From Pseudoalteromonas tetraodonis (GTDB lineage: Bacteria; Pseudomonadota; Gammaproteobacteria; Enterobacterales; Alteromonadaceae), in NCBI RefSeq assembly GCF_002310835.1, contig NZ_CP011041.1, positions 2,460,001 through 2,492,000 of the forward strand: a stretch of DNA of 32,000 nt, read 5' to 3'. Position numbers and translations under genes: made by a program. Of the stretch, positions 27,460-32,000 are shown in pieces; position 1 is the first letter of the stretch; every line of letters begins with the position of its first letter. A model generated the notes under the pieces. It ran no database searches, had not been told where the DNA came from, and saw only the letters and a program-made list of their open reading frames with translations.

Positions 27460-27652
27460 GCAATAGCGGCGATTTTTTGACATTAACGCCAAAAAACAGA
27501 CACTGTCCGCACAAAGTCAATACTTTATAACTATTAATTGCCTGGGTAGTTTTAGTGACATACATACTTAGGATGAATTAAACGACATATAATGCGATTT
27601 TCAATGATACGATTCCACACAGAAGAAACACATAAAAAGTGCTATTATTACT

Positions 27653-27679
27653 TAAAGGTGTGACTGTTTTTGCCGATAA
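27653..27679 (+). promoter_or_regulatory. Sigma28 (FliA) promoter upstream of fliS
   Basis: TAAA-N15-GCCGATAA (taaa ggtgtgactgttttt gccgataa) is an exact match to the enterobacterial/Vibrio sigma28 consensus in both spacing and -10 element. Confidence 0.65.
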
Positions 27680-27699
27680 AGTAATAGTCAAACTTATGT

Positions 27700-27716
27700 T
27701 GGAACTAAACTTGCTT
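27700..27716 (+). promoter_or_regulatory. Sigma54 promoter upstream of fliS
   Basis: TGGAAC-TAAAC-TTGCTT has canonical GG/GC spacing. It lies about 40 nt upstream of the fliS ATG, which has a GAGGAA RBS. Confidence 0.6.
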
Positions 27717-27754
27717 AAGGTTCTACACAGTAATTAAAATTTGAGGAATTACCT

Positions 27755-28150
27755 ATGGCTCATGCATCAATCAATAAATACCGTCAAATAACAGTTAGCA
27801 GCGTTAAAGAAATGACTCCCTACGACCAAGTTAAACTCGTGTTTGTAAATATTGTTGGCAAGCTCTCTGCTGCAAAAGGATTTATTGAACGTAAAGAGTT
27901 AGAAAAAAAAGGCAACGCAATCTCTGATTGTATTGTGCTACTTGGTGCGTTGCAGCAAGTGTTAAATTTTGAAGACAATAATGAAGTATCAACTAACTTA
28001 GACTCTTTGTATGACTACTGCCAGCGTTGCTTATTAACTGCAAACCTTGAAAACAACATTGATAAAATTGATGAAGTAATTACCTTAATTAAAGAAATTA
28101 AGTCAGGCTGGGAAGCAATTCCATTTGAACAAAGAGAACCACAACTGTAA
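27755..28150 (+). CDS. fliS: Flagellin-specific export chaperone FliS
   Basis: 131 aa with the FliS four-helix pattern: Y..Q.V.S..P..LV.......L..A......K..E.K...I..CI.L...L...LN......VS.NL..LY.YC...LL.AN... and a terminal W..I. Confidence 0.9.
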   Translation: MAHASINKYRQITVSSVKEMTPYDQVKLVFVNIVGKLSAAKGFIERKELEKKGNAISDCIVLLGALQQVLNFEDNNEVSTNLDSLYDYCQRCLLTANLENNIDKIDEVITLIKEIKSGWEAIPFEQREPQL

Positions 28151-28473
28151 TGACTTTAAAGCAGGTTACGAGCTCACAAATTACTGATAGTAAGACCAGA
28201 GACTACTGCAATGAGCTGGTTAGTTTGATTACTGACTCTCAGGATTGGGATATTGAGCAAGCACTGAATATTCATAGCCGGTTAGACAGTTACATGAATG
28301 AATCTTTAAAGCATGACGACGGTTTTTATTCTGAATCTGAGCTTGAGTTTTTAATCGCATTTGTGGCACAGCTTTCAACACTATTTGATAGCGAAAAACA
28401 AAAGCTAGCGATAGAAATTATAAAGAAACAAAAAAGCAAAGGCGCGGTGAATAAGTATAAATCTAATATTTAA
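28150..28473 (+). CDS. Hypothetical 107-aa protein translationally coupled to fliS; possibly a FliT/FlaI/FleP-position flagellar accessory protein
   Basis: Its ATG overlaps the fliS TAA by 1 nt (TAATG). The protein looks acidic and helical with a basic C-terminal tail. I recognise no family motif, so the tentative function rests on position only. Confidence 0.55.
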   Translation: MTLKQVTSSQITDSKTRDYCNELVSLITDSQDWDIEQALNIHSRLDSYMNESLKHDDGFYSESELEFLIAFVAQLSTLFDSEKQKLAIEIIKKQKSKGAVNKYKSNI

Positions 28474-28514
28474 AAACACTGCTTGCCTTAGCTAACCCCT
28501 ATTTTATTCCCCTT

Positions 28515-28551
28515 TACAGAGTGATTAATTGATTTATCACTCTGTATTTTT
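28515..28551 (+). terminator. Rho-independent terminator of the fliS-orf107 operon
   Basis: It has an 11-bp perfect stem, tacagagtgat / atcactctgta, a 10-nt loop and then TTTTT. Confidence 0.85.
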
Positions 28552-28610
28552 ATAGCCTGAAAGTTCACTATAAACCAAGCGTTGTTAATTACCAATAAGC
28601 GAACAGGTAT

Positions 28611-28635
28611 AAAAAAACCTGACTAACAAGCCAGG
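28611..28635 (-). terminator. Rho-independent terminator of fliD
   Basis: The minus strand reads cctggc-ttgtta-gtcagg (6-bp stem including one G-U pair) followed by TTTTTTT. It lies 24 nt after the fliD stop. Confidence 0.6.
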
Positions 28636-28658
28636 CTTTATTTACTAAACAATGCTAT

Positions 28659-30083
28659 TTAGCTAGACTTTTTAGCCACACCCGGTAGGTTAGCTAATTG
28701 TTGCTGCAAGTAACTTCCTGTCGAGTTTAGGTTAGCAACTAATATATCCATGGCATTGTATTGGCTATATAGTCGCTCTTCATACTTTTTCATTCGGCTA
28801 TTAAATGCATCAACTTCATCTTGTAGCTTATCGAGTTGTGTTTCACGCCCTTCAATACGTGAACTAATAATACCATCAGAGGCCGTATAACCTTTAATAA
28901 CAGTATCTAACTGGCCAACAAAACCATCACCGTCATTTTCGCCAACAAAAAACGTTTGGATAGCTTGTGGATCACTTTCTACGGCAGCTTTAAGCGCGTC
29001 AGAATCAATACTTAACTTACCTGAGCGCTCAGTTCTAATACCAAAGTTAGCTAAAAAGTCGGTATTACCATTACCCGTGCTAAATTCAGATGTTAACATC
29101 GAGCGTACTTGGTTTACAGAGCCTCTAAGTAATGAATCACCCGCAAGTGCACCAACGCCCTCTTCAGCGCTAGAGCGACCGAGCTGATTTGATAAATCAA
29201 TAAATGCATTAAACTTCTCTACAAACGACTTTAAGCCAGCAGCAACATTATTATTATTTTCAGTGATAGTTGCTTTACTTAAATCATCGTCTGCATTGTG
29301 AGTTTTTTTAGCATTAATGGTAACGCCTTCAATAACATCTTTAAACTCATTGGTACTGCTTGAGGCCACAAGCGTCCCATCAATCGTAATTGAAGCATCC
29401 GTCGCTGCTGTTACTTCGTTTAAGTTTTCAGCATAGGTTGCAGATGCAGTATCGCTGTCATAAGCTAGTCGTGATAAGCCAGACAAATCAGTATTATTAG
29501 CATCACCAACATCATCAACCACAATCTTTATTGCGTTTTCTGCGCCAGTTTCCTTACTTGATAATACCAATCGCTGCCCCGTATCATCGGTAATAATAGT
29601 AGCATTAACTGAATCATTGTCAGCAGAGTCATTAATCGCGTCACGTATATCAGCCAGCTTTGCTGTGTCTGACACATTTATGTCAAAACTGTTAGAGCCA
29701 GAACTAATCGTGAGCTTACCCTCTCCCACCGCTTCATCGCCAGCTATAGCATTTGATGTTAGCTTATGGTTCTCAGCCAAACTATTAACTTTAATCGAGT
29801 AATTATTGGTTTGCGCGTTTTTTTCAGAGCTTAAAGAAACAAAGTCGTCACTGCCACTGATAGTGCGCTTTTGAAAGTTTTCGATGTCACCCAATGATTC
29901 TAGTGAACCATTAAGCTCTTCCAAAGAGGCTTTTAGGGTACCTACTGCAGATATATCGGTAGTAAAGTTTGCTTGCTGTTTAGTTACTCGAGCTTGGTAA
30001 GGGCTTTTTTCAGCATTCACTAAAGCAGTTACAATTTCATTAACTTGAAGCCCTGAACCTATACCTGTAAATGAAATAGCCAT
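28659..30083 (-). CDS. fliD: Flagellar filament cap protein FliD
   Basis: 474 aa. It has N- and C-terminal FliD coiled-coil regions (MAISFTGIGSGLQVNEIV...; ...RYEERLYSQYNAMDILVANLNSTGSYL). Confidence 0.94.
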   Translation of the reverse strand: MAISFTGIGSGLQVNEIVTALVNAEKSPYQARVTKQQANFTTDISAVGTLKASLEELNGSLESLGDIENFQKRTISGSDDFVSLSSEKNAQTNNYSIKVNSLAENHKLTSNAIAGDEAVGEGKLTISSGSNSFDINVSDTAKLADIRDAINDSADNDSVNATIITDDTGQRLVLSSKETGAENAIKIVVDDVGDANNTDLSGLSRLAYDSDTASATYAENLNEVTAATDASITIDGTLVASSSTNEFKDVIEGVTINAKKTHNADDDLSKATITENNNNVAAGLKSFVEKFNAFIDLSNQLGRSSAEEGVGALAGDSLLRGSVNQVRSMLTSEFSTGNGNTDFLANFGIRTERSGKLSIDSDALKAAVESDPQAIQTFFVGENDGDGFVGQLDTVIKGYTASDGIISSRIEGRETQLDKLQDEVDAFNSRMKKYEERLYSQYNAMDILVANLNSTGSYLQQQLANLPGVAKKSS

Positions 30084-30110
30084 AATACTTACCCTCTTAA
30101 ATTGCTCAAA

Positions 30111-30497
30111 CTAAACTTTAAAATCAACTAACACGCCAGTGGCTTCCGCTAATTTAGCAACAATTCCTAACACTTCTTCAGAAGGATACTGCTTAACTAA
30201 ATCACCACTTTCTTTATCAATCACCTTAATAACATTACGGCCAGAATCCTCATCCACTTTAAACTGTAGGCTACGGTTCATTTCGCCCATAAAGTCCTGC
30301 AATTGCTGTACCACCTTCTCTAGTTTTTCAGGTGATAACTCTGTTTCAGAAACTTCACTATTACTTGCAGTGGTGGTGATGGGTGTATTCTTTTGTTCAT
30401 CAGCATTTTGCTTAACTTGTGATGGGGTTTGGTAACTTGAGGTAACCTCACCTTTTTGCGCTGAGCTGATATTTAGATTTAAACTTTGCGTTTCCAT
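30111..30497 (-). CDS. flaG: FlaG family flagellar protein
   Basis: 128 aa. The C-terminal FlaG motif is LQFKVDEDSGRNVIKVIDKESGDLVKQYPSEEVL. The gene lies between the flagellin gene and fliD. Confidence 0.9.
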   Translation of the reverse strand: METQSLNLNISSAQKGEVTSSYQTPSQVKQNADEQKNTPITTTASNSEVSETELSPEKLEKVVQQLQDFMGEMNRSLQFKVDEDSGRNVIKVIDKESGDLVKQYPSEEVLGIVAKLAEATGVLVDFKV

Positions 30498-30545
30498 AAT
30501 TCGCTCCTACTATAAAGCGATATAAAGCTTTATACCTATACAAGA

Positions 30546-30567
30546 AAGGAAGGGTTGCCCCTTCCTT
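30546..30567 (-). terminator. Hairpin terminator downstream of the flagellin gene
   Basis: The minus strand reads aaggaaggg-gcaa-cccttcctt (9-bp stem) followed by a T-rich stretch, tcttgtat. It lies 30 nt after the flagellin stop. Confidence 0.65.
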
Positions 30568-30596
30568 AGTAGTTAAGTATAGAGCTTATTGTTAAA

Positions 30597-31991
30597 TTAA
30601 CCTAATAAGCTAAGTGCTGCCTGTGGTAACTGGTTAGACTGAGCTAAGATTGTTGTACCAGCCTGTTGCATAATCTGGTTCTTAGTTAGTTTAGCTGTTT
30701 CTGCAGCATAATCTGTATCTTCGATACGACTTTTAGAAGCCGACACGTTTTCTGATACGTTTGAAAGGTTAGCAATAGTGAAGCCAAAACGGTTTTGTAC
30801 CGCACCTAAGTCAGCACGTTGTGCATCAATTTGCGCAAGCGCCGCATCAATTGTTTCGATTGCGTTTTGTGCACCAGCACTAGTCGTACCAGAGATATCA
30901 ATTGTTTCTACTGACGTTAATGAACCTTGACCACCCGTAGCAGCAAGACCACCACCTAATATTTCATTTACAGCTGCACCAGAAATACCAATCTTATCTG
31001 GAGAAGAAAGCTTTAATGAAGATGCCACTGCTTGTGTGCCCGCAGCAGTACCACCACCTAGGCTTGCTGTACCATTCGCAGCGGCTGTTAACTCAATACC
31101 GTCAACACCAGTTGCGTTAATTGTCAATGAACCACCTGACTCAACAACATCATAACCATCAGCAACCATGTCAACAGCCAAACGTGCAGCGTCCCCACCA
31201 TAATCGGCTAAGTCGTATGTATCACTACCAATTTTTAAATCAGCTGAGTCAGCCGAACTCAAACCAGTTAATGTAGTGCTAAGCACTGATGTAGCAGTAA
31301 CGCCAGATGCTTCAGCATTAATTGCTTGTGCAATTGTTTCTGCACCTACATCTGCTGCATAAGTTACTGACTTACCATTTACAGTCATAGTATCCCCAGT
31401 GACGCCACCAATTAACGTAGCTAAATCGCTAGTTGCGCCCGCAGTACCCAAAACAGTTCCGGCACCATTTACACCATATGAGCCAATTGCATCAGCAGAC
31501 ACATCACGCAGGCTTACGTTGATTGTTTCGTTGGCGTTAGAACCTACTTGGAACTGTTTAGTACCAAACGAGCCATCTAGTAAGCTTGTACCACCAAATT
31601 TAGTGGTTTCAGCGATACGCGTTAGCTCTTGCTGTAATGCGCCCACTTCTTTTTGTAGTGCTGCACGAGCGTTAGCATCGTTTGAACCATTTGCCGATTG
31701 TAAAGATAGGTCACGCATACGTTGTAAGATGTTTGATGACTCTTGCATCGCACCTTCAGCGGTTTGTGACATTGAAATACCGTCATTCGCGTTACGCTGA
31801 GCAACACCTAAACCATTAATTTGTGAAGAAAGACGGTTAGCAATTTGTAGACCTGCCGCATCATCTTTCGCGCTGTTAATTTTCATACCAGATGAAAGAC
31901 GTTGCATTGATGTACCTAACGCATCGCTAGATTTTGATAAGTTTCTTTGTGCATTTAGTGATGACACGTTAGTATTTACTGATAAAGCCAT
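30597..31991 (-). CDS. Flagellin (polar flagellum filament subunit)
   Basis: 464 aa. The conserved N-terminal D0/D1 region is [18 protein letters not shown]...[14 protein letters not shown]. The conserved C-terminal D1/D0 region is [11 protein letters not shown]...[10 protein letters not shown]. The central variable region is rich in G, A, T and S. Only 9 nt of upstream sequence are in the window, so its promoter is not visible. Confidence 0.96.
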   Translation of the reverse strand: MALSVNTNVSSLNAQRNLSKSSDALGTSMQRLSSGMKINSAKDDAAGLQIANRLSSQINGLGVAQRNANDGISMSQTAEGAMQESSNILQRMRDLSLQSANGSNDANARAALQKEVGALQQELTRIAETTKFGGTSLLDGSFGTKQFQVGSNANETINVSLRDVSADAIGSYGVNGAGTVLGTAGATSDLATLIGGVTGDTMTVNGKSVTYAADVGAETIAQAINAEASGVTATSVLSTTLTGLSSADSADLKIGSDTYDLADYGGDAARLAVDMVADGYDVVESGGSLTINATGVDGIELTAAANGTASLGGGTAAGTQAVASSLKLSSPDKIGISGAAVNEILGGGLAATGGQGSLTSVETIDISGTTSAGAQNAIETIDAALAQIDAQRADLGAVQNRFGFTIANLSNVSENVSASKSRIEDTDYAAETAKLTKNQIMQQAGTTILAQSNQLPQAALSLLG

Positions 31992-32000
31992 GTTATAACT

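Noticed and set aside
27389-27754. Small ORFs in the flrA/fliS divergent region (for example a 23-codon ORF, MRFSMIRFHTEETHKKCYYYLKV, starting at about 27593), and a short palindrome gaca-c-tgtc at 27499-27507.
   Set aside because: The ORF has no RBS, and its stop codon overlaps the start of the N15 spacer of the sigma28 promoter, so there is no supporting context. The palindrome is only 4+4 bp and is expected by chance in AT-rich intergenic DNA.
30498-30596. A search for a sigma28 or sigma54 promoter for flaG-fliD between the flagellin terminator and the flaG ATG.
   Set aside because: I found no GG-N10-GC element and no TAAA-N15-GCCGATAA element, only AT-rich sequence with TATAAA-like strings. 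I could not support any promoter call. flaG may be transcribed by read-through or from a promoter I cannot recognise by eye.
1-32000. A novel defence, toxin-antitoxin, secretion or mobile system hidden in the window.
   Set aside because: Every ORF longer than about 100 aa except orf107 has a confident flagellar, chemotaxis or Tag assignment. The intergenic space is small and is accounted for by promoters, terminators and the heptamer arrays. I see no evidence for such a system.

Overview
This window is almost entirely one conserved polar-flagellum and chemotaxis supercluster. It is the type found in low-GC marine gammaproteobacteria (Vibrio, Shewanella, Pseudomonas, Alteromonadales). The organism guess, Pseudoalteromonas-like, is inference only. 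I call 32 CDS. Twenty-nine are on the minus strand, in this order along the window: cheB (partial), cheA, cheZ, cheY, fliA, flhG, flhF, flhA, flhB, fliRQPONML, fliK, fliJIHGFE, flrC, flrB, flrA, fliD, flaG and one flagellin. Three are on the plus strand: tag (DNA-3-methyladenine glycosylase I), fliS and an unassigned 107-aa ORF. By eye I can place GG-N10-GC sigma54 promoters upstream of flhA, fliK, fliE, flrB and fliS. I also place a textbook sigma28 promoter upstream of fliS and hairpin terminators after the fliS operon, fliD, the flagellin gene and flrC. I see no tRNA, rRNA, CRISPR array, transposase, integrase or recognisable defence genes. I find no convincing evidence for a novel multi-gene system; this is a core motility locus. 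The points worth a second look are local. (1) Two arrays of related heptanucleotide repeats lie in the tag/flrA convergent spacer. (2) A tag gene interrupts the flrA-flrBC regulator block. (3) A fliS-orf107 module faces the opposite way to its neighbours and is served by tandem sigma28 and sigma54 promoters. (4) CheA has a low-complexity P1-P3 linker carrying three to four copies of an acidic DEFxxLLDELHG peptide, which resembles the CheY-docking peptides of FliM and CheZ encoded in the same window. (5) FlrA may have lost one c-di-GMP-binding arginine. (6) The flrB start in the ORF track is probably too far upstream. All plus-strand ORFs that overlap the minus-strand genes look like antisense shadow ORFs.
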